A stretch of 63,712 nt of DNA, counting the filler, from Octopus bimaculoides (taxonomy: Eukaryota): assembly GCF_001194135.2 (NCBI RefSeq). It is 6 parts of 6 records of this genome, joined end to end, with 100 filler letters (N's around TTAATTAATTAA, not from the genome) between each part and the next. Parts side by side here need not be neighbours in the genome. Positions count along the whole stretch, not along the records: positions 1 to 17,397 come from NC_068994.1; positions 17,498 to 28,690 come from NC_068991.1; 4 more parts are not named here. One strand, 5' to 3'. The translations under genes and the position numbers were made by a program. Below, in pieces: positions 12,512 through 25,645 of the stretch. The notes under the pieces are model-generated. The model was not told where the DNA came from. It ran no database searches and saw nothing but the letters and a program-made list of their open reading frames with translations. The stretch's first letter is position 1. Each line of letters begins with the position of its first letter.

Positions 12512-13016
12512 GTGTACGTGCGTACTGTAGTTATCTACGGTGTATCACATAGTTGATTGTGCGTATGTGTTAGTGTAGTTGTAAGCAGGCGTTGCACTAT
12601 CAAAATGTTTGTACACAACAACATTTATTCCTGGCAAACACAGAATTTATCCATGAATAGTTAGCCGTTACGTAATTTTTCTTATACATATTTTGCACTC
12701 TGCCTTCTATTGGTTATTATAGCCTTTTGTCCTGACTGTGACACTATATAAGTGCCTTTGAATATATATATGGATGTACGTATAGTTGTTATTTAAGCTT
12801 TTGCAAGAGTTAGCCGTTGAAATATTTATGATATTTATTTTTGAAAGGAAAATTTGGATGTCAGTGTTTTTTTCCAACCTGCAGTGTATATCTTTTCAGC
12901 AGGTCAGACTTGATTCGAAATAGTTTTTCCCCATTATGTCATCATGTACAATCAGGCGATCATGGCTATGTTAATACTACACGTGTGCCTCATATTTTTC
13001 CTAATTAATTTGGTTT

Positions 13017-13065
<49 letters not shown>

Positions 13066-13669
13066 TCCAAAAGGGATAAAACTCTTTTACAAGAATTTTA
13101 TCAAGAAGCCAGTGTGTAAAAAAATTAATAAGGGAAATTTCTATTCCCAAGAATATAATTATTCGTTNNNNNNNNNNNNNNNNNNNNNNNNNNNNNNNNN
13201 NNNNNNNNNNNNNNNNNNNNNNNNNNNNNNNNNNNNNNNNNNNNNNNNNNNNNNNNNNNNNNNNNNNNNNNNNNNNNNNNNNNNNNNNNNNNNNNNNNNN
13301 NNNNNNNNNNNNNNNNNNNNNNNNNNNNNNNNNNNNNNNNNNNNNNNNNNNNNNNNNNNNNNNNNNNNNNNNNNNNNNNNNNNNNNNNNNNNNNNNNNNN
13401 NNNNNNNNNNNNNNNNNNNNNNNNNNNNNNNNNNNNNNNNNNNNNNNNNNNNNNNNNNNNNNNNNNNNNNNNNNNNNNNNNNNNNNNNNNNNNNNNNNNN
13501 NNNNNNNNNNNNNNNNNNNNNNNNNNNNNNNNNNNNNNNNNNNNNNNNNNNNNNNNNNNNNNNNNNNNNNNNNNNNNNNNNNNNNNNNNNNNNNNNNNNN
13601 NNNNNNNNNNNNNNNNNNNNNNNNNNNNNNNNNNNNNNNNNNNNNNNNNNNNNNNNNNNNNNNNNNNNC

Positions 13670-14892
13670 TTTTGTCACACATCTGTGACCTCATCAGACC
13701 TCAACAGAGTTCTTTCGTCACACATCTGTGACCTCATCAGTGGTCCTTTGCTTTCTTCTTTCTTATTTGTGTGCCTTTCCTTACTAACGATCAGCCATTT
13801 TGTATTTTGTATTCCTATTGTATGTGTCTTTATTTGCGCATGCGTATACCCCTATGTGTGTCTATGTTTACTAAGTGCGTGTGTGGGGGGGTGGAGTGCC
13901 TGTATTATCTGTATCCCCTGTTTATACACGTTCGTTTAATTTGTTTTATTTATTTGTTCATGTGTTTATACCCACTTTTTTTTCAATTCTTTCTTTTTTG
14001 TATTTAATTTAATATTGTTAACGTATATAGTTATTTAATTCCATTTGTTTATCTGTGTATTGTATTATATTTTGTTCATATTGTTGTAGGTTTATGGGGA
14101 TCTTATTCTGTCATATGTTGTGGTGTGGTGAGGATGTGTGCTAGTGTTCCATTCCAGTTTCCTATTCAGGCTAGGTTTATCTTCTGTTATGTATGTAGCT
14201 TCTGTAATTTGTCTAAGCGTTGCGTCTGTTCTATGTGTGGACAAGATTTTTAAATTCTATATTGTTGAGTGAGCCCCCGTGTTCCTGCTCGGTGTACTGG
14301 TACAGAACCGACGAGCTCTTTTCTTCCTTAAGTTCCCTCCAATGTCCATTTACCCGCTCTCCTATGCTCCGTGCCGTTTCCCCTACGTACGTCGTTGTCT
14401 TGTTACTGCATTGTTCCTCTGTACATCTTATACTATAGACTACATTTCTGGCTTTACAGTTTGTTTGTAGGCTAAATCTACGTACACTACAGTTCCTATC
14501 AGTACAGGGGATTCTACTAAAAGGGTAGGTTCTACCGATTAGGGATTTGATAGGGTTGCCTGACCGCTCTACAACCTTAATTCTTAGCTTAATTTTGTCT
14601 AGGGCCCTTCTAAAGCGATACGCCAGTTCGCCTCTTGGGGTGGTGTCGACGAACATGACACTCTGGTATTTGTGGCTATTATACCATGAGTTGGCCTTCC
14701 TCAATTTCTTCTTTGTCCTTTCAATGGTGTTCCATGGCTTGCTCTTATAGAGTGGGCAAATCCCATTCTTATCGTTACGTATGATAGTTTCAAATTTCCA
14801 ATGGCTCCTTTCTATACTCTGATCCTTTCTTTATGGCTGTACCCTGAGAACTGCATGCGGTGAACGAAATGTTGTGTGACGAAAGAACTCTG
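13670..14892 (-). mobile_element. Penelope-like element fragment (GIY-YIG endonuclease) with pLTR-like end
   Basis: ORF 14231-14704: CKARNVVYSIRCTEEQC...TTYVGETARSIGERVNGH, a GIY-YIG signature. Tandem hammerhead-like motifs lie at 13673-13745, and 13705-13724 recurs in inverted orientation at 14873-14892. Confidence 0.85.
13673..13745 (-). ncRNA. Tandem hammerhead-ribozyme-like cores (incomplete)
   Basis: Minus strand reads ggacca-CUGAUGA-g-GUCACA(GAUG)UGUGAC-GAAA-gaacucuguugaggu-CUGAUGA-g-GUCACA(GAUG)UGUGAC-aaaa. Core and stem II are clear; stem I/III closure is not evident. Confidence 0.45.
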
Positions 14893-15204
14893 GGCGAAAT
14901 ACGATTAATGTAAAATAAAAAAGCTGAAGCAAATTAACACCAAATATATAGTGCGTGTGTTTTCATTGGCTAAACTGGCAACATGACCATCCCCGAATAC
15001 AACAATGTCTGTTTCAACACACGATTTCACATCAAGAATCTTGCAAAACGAATATATAAACGTAATATATATATATATATATATATATACAGAAACAAAA
15101 ATGTTAAAAAAAATAAGAAGTAAAAAGGTAGAGTTATCCTCCTTAGACCTTAAATGATAAGGCTGGAAATATATCAAGTCAGTCAAGAATAGGCGGAATT
15201 TTCC

Positions 15205-16660
15205 AATTCTTCAAAATATATTTATACATATGCATGCATTGAAAATTTCTGATCTGGAGTTCAATAGAGAGTTAGGGGTCTTAGATCAGAACAGGATCTG
15301 CGCTTTTTCAGCCAAAGTCTACATTTATTCAATGCATTCACATAGAGTATGGATTTCTCAATAGCTTCTCATTTAATTACATATGGTGTTTCGTTATCGT
15401 TCAAAGTGGATACGTAGCTAGCCAGCCTAGTAGCTTTACCTTTGTCCCTATATCGGAAAAAGGCTATGTGATTAGCATAGCGATTTTTAAATTCACCTTC
15501 ACATAAGCCAATATAGGTCTTCTTATCAGTTGTATTATTATTTAGGGTTGTAGTAAGTTCTGCCTCATATATCATAGATTTGGTCGTACATCGTTGGTCA
15601 ATTGGACAAGATCCTGGGTCGTGACAGTTGCAACTGGATTCAGGCTCTTGGTATTGACCACGTGTAATGATACTTTTCATATTGTGGCAGCAGCTATATG
15701 ATAATTTCACGCCTATTAGATATTTTTCTGTATCTGTGAGTGGTTAGAAAGTGTTTGTCTAGGAGAGACAGGAATCTTTTACCAATGTTAGTTTTATATT
15801 AAGGGAAAAGGGAGGGGTGAACCAAATTATTTTCCATGGCTAATTTTTAGGTTTTTTATTATCCTGATTAATACTAGAGCAGTTATGTACAACTTTATCT
15901 TTGCTGCCACTAGATTTATTTTTAATATTTTGTTTATTATTGGAGAGATTATATATATTAATTTATCTTTGAAGCCACTATTGGCTAGGGATTTGTTATA
16001 ATAGGGGGCAGCTTTCTCGAAATTTTCTTTGGAAGAAGAGAGGTTAGACACTGTTATCAATATTAACTATCAGGTTTTAAATACTACAGGAGGGTGACAA
16101 GGCTGTTTATGCATATACGCGAGTTTTTCATTAGGCTTATGAAAAGGTTTATGCGAGGAGGAGTTTAAATCTAAGGAAACATCTAAATAATCAACTATAG
16201 ACAGATTAGTAGCTACTGTAATTTTAAGTCCTAATTGATTAAAGGTAGAAATTAGTTGCTTTCTAAATCTATCAAGGGTATGACCATCACACCCATGGAA
16301 AACACCCAAACCGTCGTCACGGTATAGGCCAACGTCATGAGATGCGTATCTATATCTCAATATGTTTAATTTAAATAAACCCTCAAGGTCACAGACGTCA
16401 GCACTATCATATGATCCCATAGATACATCAAATAGTTCGTCACTATGCTACTTTTTTACCCATGCTAATCCTTTACTGAACAATAGTGTTTTCCTCGCAT
16501 GCCTGATAAAATCTAGGTCTATAGGTTCAATATCAACATATGATTTAGCAAATTCAATAGCTTTATCAAGCAGCGATATAAGTATAGAGGGATAAAAGCC
16601 TATAATATATAAGAAAGATGCACACTCTAAAGAATAGAGCAAAAATTATTACAACAAAAA
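15205..16660 (-). mobile_element. Penelope-like element (RT plus GIY-YIG), decayed
   Basis: IIGFYPSI, GSYDSADVCDL, GLYRDDGL, VDYLDVSLDL, HPP (PLE RT). SCNC..CPIDQRC..KSMIYEA...TYIGLCEGEFKNRYANH (GIY-YIG). Frameshifted. Confidence 0.9.
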
Positions 16661-16926
16661 TTTTATATCCTGAACATAGGGTTTCACATCCACAAAACAA
16701 AGCCTTGTGTACAGCTCGTCAGACTCTATATAAATTACAAAATCTAAAATATCTACATCGCAGACGTGAGGAAACGCTCAGAACTCGAGAGATGCATCTT
16801 AACAAAAAAATAAATAAATAAATAAAACGTTAATGAGGACGGGTTATCTCCCCTGAATCAGAGATGGGGAAAACCCTTATAGACCCGAAGAGGTCCAACT
16901 AGCAAACAGAGAGATCCAATTTTCCA

Positions 16927-17040
<114 letters not shown>

Positions 17041-17441
17041 TTCGTTATTAGCCACACAGGGCTCAACATAGAAGGGACAAATACAATGTAGAGTTTTTCT
17101 TTTCGAGGGGACGAGAAAAAATGGGGATAACGATCAAAAGGTATCGAAAAACGTTTGGGGTATGTAAAAAAAATCCCAAGAAATGGGGAGGTTATCCGTG
17201 GAAAGAAAAACCTACGAAAAGACCACGGTAACCTCGGGCATTAATGTCACTAATTGAAAAAATTTATTTACGAAATTAACGCAAGTAACGCTCTGCTTAA
17301 AAAGAATAGAAACAGAAAGTTACTTACCGTTCGGAGGTTCGGTTGTTCTTTCCTTTGAATGTTCGTTAAGGAGGCTGTTGTAAAGTTTTTTAGCTAGNNN
17401 NNNNNNNNNNNNNNNNNNNNNNNNNNNNNNNNNNNNNNNNN

Positions 17442-17453
17442 TTAATTAATTAA
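17442..17453. other. TTAATTAATTAA scaffold linker inside 100-nt gaps (also 28735, 42970, 51793, 58832)
   Basis: An identical 12-mer sits between N runs (44 N on each side where counted, at 17442 and 28735) at five sites. It is palindromic with stops in all six frames. Confidence 0.9.
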
Positions 17454-17497
17454 NNNNNNNNNNNNNNNNNNNNNNNNNNNNNNNNNNNNNNNNNNNN

Positions 17498-17541
<44 letters not shown>

Positions 17542-17940
17542 AATATATACACACATACATATATGGGTATTTATATAAGCCACGATATAAATATAATTAC
17601 ATATACATCTTTATATATATATATATATATGTGTGTGTATATATGTATATATATATATATTTATATACACACATATATGTGTGTGTGCGTCGTGTGTTTG
17701 TGTGTCTATGTACGTGTGTATGTATATATATATGTACATGTATCTATATAATATACAGTGTATAGGTATGTGTGAAAGTGCGTGCGTGTTATTGAGTGAA
17801 TGGGTGTTGTGCGCGTGTGTTTTAGAAAATATGTTCTTAATATCTAAAAACCAACAGTCAGTAACTAAGAATGTGACTCATGCCATTAATATAGAGTGTT
17901 TGATGATTTATATACTTTTTTAATAGATGCACTTCCAGTA

Positions 17941-17978
<38 letters not shown>

Positions 17979-18210
17979 NNNNNNNNNNNNNNNNNNNNNN
18001 NNNNNNNNNNNNNNNNNNNNNNNNNNNNNNNNNNNNNNNNNNNNNNNNNNNNNNNNNNNNNNNNNNNNNNNNNNNNNNNNNNNNNNNNNNNNNNNNNNNN
18101 NNNNNNNNNNNNNNNNNNNNNNNNNNNNNNNNNNNNNNNNNNNNNNNNNNNNNNNNNNNNNNNNNNNNNNNNNNNNNNNNNNNNNNNNNNNNNNNNNNNN
18201 NNNNNNNNNN

Positions 18211-18282
<72 letters not shown>

Positions 18283-18967
18283 CATACTTATCCATACACT
18301 CACACAAGAAAATTCATTATGCAATGTACGTTTTACTGCAAGGAAATTCATCCATGTATATCTGAAATTATCTCTTCATTAATGTATGTATAACGAAAGT
18401 TTTAAAATCCCTGAAAGTTTTGTGATATTTATATAATAACGGCTTCCCAGGAAAATTGTGCAACTAAATGATATTCTAGTAGCAGAGGATGTCCGATTAG
18501 GCAGGTATCACTTATTGAATATTTATCCTTATTGCTATTCTGATAAAAAATTTAATCATTTCGCAGACACCTTGTGATATTGGTTTCCGCTCTTTATGTT
18601 ATGCGTTCGAATGCTGTCGAAATTAGCTTCTCTTTTTATCCTTCCAGCATCATTAATATAAAGCTCCAGTTAAGGTCTCGGATCGATATGAGTGACAAAA
18701 TCCATCCCTTAACTTAATTAGATGTTATTTAGAGCATTGTATTAGCAGAGTCGTTAATGTCTCGGCCAAAATGGATCACCTAGTTTATTGCAGCTCATGA
18801 GGTCCAATGTTCAAATCTTGTAACGGACATTTTTTCTTTTCTTTTATTACTTGCTTTTCTTTTTTGTTTTTCTTTGAGGCTGGATAAAATAAAATACCAG
18901 CGAATGATAGGGGCTGATATAATCGACTATTCATTTCTAAATTTGATCCATTTGTTAGAAATTATTG

Positions 18968-19171
18968 TCGGTGAGCTGGCAAAATCGTTAACACGCCGGA
19001 CGAAATGCTTAGCGGTATTTCGTCCGTCTTTACGTTCAAATTCCGCTGAGGACGACTTTACCCTTCATCCTTTCGGAGTCGCTAAATTAAGTACCAGTTG
19101 AGGGCTGGGGTCGATGTGATTGACTGCCCCCCTCCCCACAATATCCAGTTCCTGTGCTTATAGTAGAAAGG

Positions 19172-19200
<29 letters not shown>
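18968..19200 (+). mobile_element. SINE family A copy with (ATT)n tail
   Basis: ggtgagctggcaaaatcgtta...gttcaaattcc head with A/B-box-like motifs, the shared body and an (ATT)n tail. Confidence 0.85.
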
Positions 19201-19219
<19 letters not shown>

Positions 19220-19221
19220 TA

Positions 19222-19440
19222 GGTGGCGAGCTAACATAATAGTTAGCACGCCAGGCGAAATGCTTAGCGGCATTTCATGTTCTGAGTTCAAATTCCGACG
19301 AGGTCGACTCTGCCTTTCATTCTTTTGGAGTCGATAAAATAAATACAAGTGAAGCACTGGAGTCGACGTAATCGACTTGTCCCCATCCCCAAAATTTCAG
19401 GCCCTGTGCCTTTACCAGAAATTATTATCATTATTAGTAT
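19222..19440 (+). mobile_element. SINE family A copy (tandem with the previous copy)
   Basis: ggtggcgagcta...gttctgagttcaaattcc...gcctttcattcttttggagtcgataaaat... with an (ATT)-like tail. Confidence 0.8.
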
Positions 19441-19729
19441 CATTATTATTATCATCGTTCAACGTCCTTAAACAACCCTTATTCAAGGACCTTTTGCGTG
19501 GGATGGGCTACTCGGCCTGAAGAAAACTCTAACTGGGCTCCACCTGCAAGGTTATGCGCTGATTATCTTGATATGAGATCACCATGTTGTGCACATACGG
19601 CTGTGATATATGTGCCTGGTGTACCCTTACCAGACGGGTAGTCATGATGGGTATGCTGAGCTTCGTATATCTTACCCCTGTGTCGCTTTGATGGCATGCA
19701 CTGCTCTCTCACTCAATAATAATGATAAT

Positions 19730-19957
19730 AATAGAAAAACTGTCGAAATATAAGGACATTGAGATTGAGATTTCTAGGACGTGGCAATTAAAAACTATTG
19801 CCATTCCTGTTGTTGTAGGTGCCCTGGGAATGATCACGAAAAGTAGTGACAAAGTTTTTGACCAGCAATCTATGAGACACAAAATATTGAGCTGACACAT
19901 TCTCAGGAAGTTTCTCTCCATAGGAAATATAGGTCTCCGGTTGCAAATCAATCGGAA

Positions 19958-19960
<3 letters not shown>
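19730..19960 (+). mobile_element. R4/Dong-type LINE 3' fragment, subfamily 3
   Basis: EKLSKYKDIEIEISRTWQLKTIAIPVVVGALGMITK, embedded between (TAA)n tracts. Confidence 0.8.
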
Positions 19961-20027
<67 letters not shown>

Positions 20028-20029
<2 letters not shown>

Positions 20030-20495
20030 GCAACCATACTCTGGGATATGCCAATACACACAGATAGAGAAATTAAGGCAAATAGACCAGATATAGTTGT
20101 CAAAGATCATGAAGGAAAAAAATGCCTTCTAATTGATGTTTCAATACCAGCAGATGACAACGTTTCTCTAAAAGAAATGGAAAAACTTTCAAAATACAAA
20201 GACCTGGAAATAGAGATAACTCGAATGTGGAATCTAAAAACAGAAACAATTCCTATCATAGTAGGTGCCTTAGGTATAATAAAAAAATATTCAGACAAAT
20301 ACATAACAAAAACACCAGGACTTACAAATATATATAACATACAGAAAATTGCACTACTGGGTACTGCACACATTCTACGCAAAACACTTTCAATACAGTA
20401 AACATAAGAGCACCACAGCAAACCACAGCACATACCCAAGGCGCACAGAGCTGCGCTCGGTAGTGAAGTGAAAGCACGCTATAAAAATAAAACTA

Positions 20496-20498
<3 letters not shown>
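20028..20498 (+). mobile_element. 5'-truncated R4/Dong-type LINE (RLE domain), subfamily 2
   Basis: LWDMPIHTDREIKANRPDIVVKD...LLIDVSIPADDNVSLKEMEKLSKYKDL...LLGTAHILRKTLSIQ* with an intact PD..D..K-type RLE. (TAA)n on both sides. Confidence 0.92.
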
Positions 20499-20534
<36 letters not shown>

Positions 20535-20535
<1 letters not shown>

Positions 20536-20747
20536 TGAAAGAAGAAGAGAAAATAAACAAGCATGATAATTTGGAGTGAGAAATACGAAGGTTGTGGTCA
20601 ATGAAGAAAATAGACCTGACACCAATAGTAATTGATGAACTTGGAAGTGTTAGCGCTCAACTACCAACATGGCTGAAAAAGATTGGTGCAAGTGTGAAGG
20701 TAGAACAACAATAATAACAATAATAGTAAATTGTTGTTGTTGTTGTT

Positions 20748-20780
<33 letters not shown>

Positions 20781-20814
20781 ATCATTATTATTATTGTTGT
20801 TGTTGTTGTTGTTG

Positions 20815-20858
<44 letters not shown>

Positions 20859-21045
20859 TGATAAAAACTCTCAGCTTATTTTGTTGGGTAAAATGGTCAC
20901 AGCCAGGAGACTAAGGTTACACTTGTTTACTGATCATGCTTCAAGAATCCTGCAGTGAACTCTTGCAGTTCCAAGCAATGAGGATTTTTGTGGGTGTTCT
21001 ATCTTTACATTTGTTTTAATCTATTTTGAGCCATGTTGTTTGTTG
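20535..21045. mobile_element. Two further R4/Dong 3' relics in opposite orientations around (TTG/TTA)n
   Basis: + strand 20535-20705 (EEEKINKHDNL..EIRRLWSMKK..PIVI) and - strand 20870-21045 (KIEHPQKSSLLGTARV). Confidence 0.6.
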
Positions 21046-21054
21046 AGTTCTTTA

Positions 21055-21156
<102 letters not shown>

Positions 21157-21169
21157 GTATCACCACGCC

Positions 21170-21206
<37 letters not shown>

Positions 21207-22301
21207 TACTTACTTTATTTGCCCCCAGCGTTCGTCGTGTGGGTATCTACACACAATAGTTATACAATACATTATTAATACGATATATTTATCTAGTAGA
21301 TAAAATACACACAAATGATATATATCTATATATATATATATATACGAATATAAATATAAATAAAACAGAAATAAAAACAAAAACATGTGAGAAGCCGCCA
21401 CCTAAGTTGGTTATCTCCGGGGGGTTGGCAAACGAACCACATTGCTTGCTCCTTGGGCAAACTAGTTTCAAGTTACGATCGACCCTCAGGGTCATATTCA
21501 ACCAGTAATTTATCATGTGTGTGGCATTTGAATCTGTGTCGATTTCCTTCGCCTCAATCAGCACGTTGTTCTATGTTTTGTTTTGCTTTTCTTTTAAGTT
21601 ATTCATTAGATCTATCAGCATCACGTTACTGCTGCAAACAGCCGAGACTCATTTGAATGGAGGTGGGGAGAGCTCATCGTCCCTTTTGCACACCATCAGT
21701 TTCAGCGCGTTTCTGTTTGCCGTTTTTTCTCAGAGTGTCTACGTGCGTGCCTAAGTGTGTGCATGTTTGCGCATGTGTATGTGTGCTTGTGTGTGTATGT
21801 GCATGCGTGCATGTGTGCGCTTGTGTGCGTGCGCCCGTGTTTGCGTGCGTGTGTGTGTGTATCTTTTCTTCCTATTGTCTCCGCGAAAACTTGCCGCTCT
21901 TCTCCAGTCCCCGTCTGCCCTTCACCCTCTTGCGATGATATGGAAGTACGACTGAGATGGAATCCGTCGTTCTCCTGATCGTAGGCTTCTGTACTGAGGT
22001 CGATGCGACTTTTCCGGATCCTCGAAGCTCTGGCCGGTGATACTATGAAAACATAGTCTCTGCAGCTTGCTGCTGTGGTTACTGAGGTTGTTGATGCCTT
22101 CGTCTTTGATTTTGCTTTGTTTTAACAGTTCTTATGAGAACAGAGCTCTTAACTGGCCTTGACAGCCACACATCGAATCACTGAGGTTTCTACTACGCAG
22201 TCGCATCATCGATCTTTTTTCTGTTTCGCTTTTTGGTTCTTCTTCTTGTTTTTTTTAGGGGTTTTTGTTTTGTTTTTCCTGCTACCACAAGACCACATGT
22301 A

Positions 22302-22473
22302 TCCAGACTAGATTTGTGATCTTCAGAAATCATCAAGCCTTTATTTCATGTTAACTGTGCCAACCAGTTGCTAATAATGTCCCGTTTCCAGACTAGATTT
22401 GTGGTCTTCAGAAATCATCAAGCCTTTATTTCATGTTAACTCTGTGCCAACCAGTTGCTAATAATGTCCCGTT
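22302..22473. repeat. 85-bp direct tandem duplication
   Basis: tccagactagatttgtg(a/g)tcttcagaaatcatcaagcc...gtcccgtt at 22302-22386 and 22387-22473. Confidence 0.85.
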
Positions 22474-23356
22474 AAGATGATGACGGGTGAACATACTAAA
22501 GTTCCTTCTTGATAAACAAAACTTGTTCATTGAGTACAACCTGGAAAATTCAATTTTCTCATGTATTCATAAGAACACACCCATTGCTGTACATGCTTCG
22601 TCTGTCCAGGTTGTATATGCAACTCTGAACAAAAACAACATCAGCAACATTAATAATAATAATGATAATAATGGTTTCCAATTTTGGCACAATGCCAGCA
22701 TTTTCAGGTAAGGGGTAAATCGATTACATCGACAGCAGTGCTCGACTGATATTTACTTTATCGACACCCAACTTACAATGATGGCAGTTATGTTGATGAA
22801 GCTGAGGACGATTATAATGATAAAGTACACAAAAATGATATTAGGCGATTAGAAAGATGGAGAGAAAAAGAATAAGAATGCATGTTGAGGCTTAAAAAAG
22901 TGGTCACCGTCTAGGAGCAGTGTGCATACTGGCTCAGTTGTAAAGACGACCGCGATTTATAAGTTCATTCATGACACTGGAATTTTACGATCACGACGGG
23001 ATGGAAGGGTGTGGGTTTGTGCGTGAGTATGTTTGTATATATATATATGTGTGTGTGTGTGTGTTTGTGTGTGTGTGTGCGTTTGTGTGTGTGTGTGCGC
23101 TTGCGTGTGTGTGTGTGTGTGCATGTATGTAAGTGCGCTCTTTTTTTCTATTATTATAGAAATATATGTCCATTTGTATGTATATATATATTTATATATA
23201 TATATATATAAAACATGTAGGTGCGTGTGTGTGTTTATATTTATATATCAAGCTCTCTCTCTCTCTCTCTCTAGACAGAAAGATAGATATACACACACAC
23301 ACATATATACGTACACACATATACACGTATACAACTACATACAAATTACATGCAAA

Positions 23357-23393
<37 letters not shown>

Positions 23394-23555
23394 GCATGCG
23401 CACACGTTTTTATATACAAATCCAATTACTTGAGGGTAACTGAGAAGTGCTTTATCATTTAAATGATAAATAGAATTAAAATGCTAAATAACTACTTACA
23501 TACATGTGTGTGTGTGGGCATGCCCACGGATTTTGAGTTTAATTATGTATCTCTT

Positions 23556-23631
<76 letters not shown>

Positions 23632-25596
23632 GGAGAGGTGTATGTATGTATATATGTATGTACGTGTATATGTCTGCATGTATGTCTTCATGTATGTATG
23701 TATGTATGTATGTATGTATGTATGTATTAGCATAAGAAAGGGGAACAGAAGTCGGTCGTCATTTTTGTCCCAGATGCATGCGCGACCAAATCGTCAAATT
23801 ACAATTATTTCTTTTAAAGAATTCGATTGTATATTTGAAGAAACAATGTATATAGATGAAGCAGCAGGTGATGGCGGCCGAGGGAGGAATCCAAATGAGA
23901 ATATGGCTTCCACTATTCATAAAACATGATACTCATCTGCTGGCCGATATCTTTGAGACGGAAAATTACTCTTGGACTATAGCGATCTAGACGTGATAAA
24001 CTATGAGTCAAATTTAGACGGCAGACACTCCTGAGTTCATTTTATACCAAACCTAAAAATAAAGCATAAATGCTTACAACATAACATGAATCACTAATAT
24101 TTTACAGCTTTACTTCAGCAGCTAAATTGTTCTCTTATACATAACCTAAATAGGCGAATTTGTTTTTAGGTCTAACAATTAAAATGTAACTACATTAATC
24201 TTAAACTTATTTGTGATTTAGTTTTGCTTAACAAACAGAAAATTTAAGTAGAAATTGTATACAGTAAAATGCTATACACTTGTTTAGAAATCCAAATTTA
24301 ATTTATCGGAATGGTTAGGATTGACGTCCATTATATATTTATTAATAATAATATATGAGTATTAAATTAGTAATAATACATTAGTAATAAATTAGTTATA
24401 ATATATTAGTAATAATTCGATTCGTTCAACTAATTTTATCGATGAGAAAAATAGTAAAGCTCAATTAATTTTTGACGAATTTAATGCACTGAATGACAAT
24501 TAGTATTCGCCAAAAGGATACCAGCCCATTTATCACATTGCCATTTAATTTAATTTAAATTGTATCAGACCTTTGGGAGTAGTTAAAGACTTGGTGCAAC
24601 CCTAATCATGCAAATGTTTGCGACAGGTGAAGTCAACAGAGTACAACGATGTACAGCAGCACGAGTTCCCTGAAATGCGGACCCGTAGAACATGTTAATC
24701 TTGCTATTAGATCTAGCCGGTATTGCCTGTGCTGAATAAAAGACGGGTTGCTCACAAACGGAATGCTCACAAATGGAATGCTCATAAATAGAAAACCTTT
24801 GATCTTAGGTCTGCAAGAAGATCATGGGGACGCCTTTGATTATTGGGTTAGTTTTGATGGATTAGAACTAACTCTGAGATGAAACAGCAACAAAACCCCT
24901 ATGTAATAGTTAGTACTTTGACATAAATCCTACTCGTAGAAGATATGCGGAACAGTGAATCCAGGAAAAGAAATTTCTGTAACGTGAGAACGACATTAAG
25001 CACTAATAATTATTTTTAACTTGACGCAATATCTTTATACTGGTAACTAGATGGCACATATCTATTCCACGGTAACAGATAATTAAATTAAAATATAATG
25101 CTCAAATGTTTTAAGTTTAAAAGCAATATAGATTAAGTTTAAAGGACAGAGAGAAGGGAAAAAGTATTTAGTCAGACGCAAAGGCATTCTCCTTGTTAGT
25201 AACTAAAATCTCGAAGACTTACAACAGTATAGAAGAATATAAATATATATATATATATAAATTAAACGAGGGGAGATTTATAATCAGAATATAACAAACA
25301 CAACAGGTGAGCAGGGAACCCAGAGGTGTTGATGCAAAACAGTTTCCCTTGAAGGCTGTGGAACAAAACGATTTAACTACTCACCTGTATAGAGTTTGCT
25401 CGGATGTGGTAAATAGTTTATAATTGCAGGAATTAAGGTTAGACTTAGGGAAAATGTAACATGAACTTGCATGCAAGATATGATATTGTATCAAATGGAG
25501 GGAAATTACACTTAGAGGCATTACCTAATACAGCTACATATGTACACATACACTAAACAGATATCACACATACACACACATATACATGTATATGTG

Positions 25597-25645
<49 letters not shown>

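Noticed and set aside
25290-25320. Donor-like CAG|gtgagc at ~25307 as an upstream NFI exon end
   Set aside because: No acceptor or NFI-like coding sequence lies upstream, and the context looks like an interspersed repeat.
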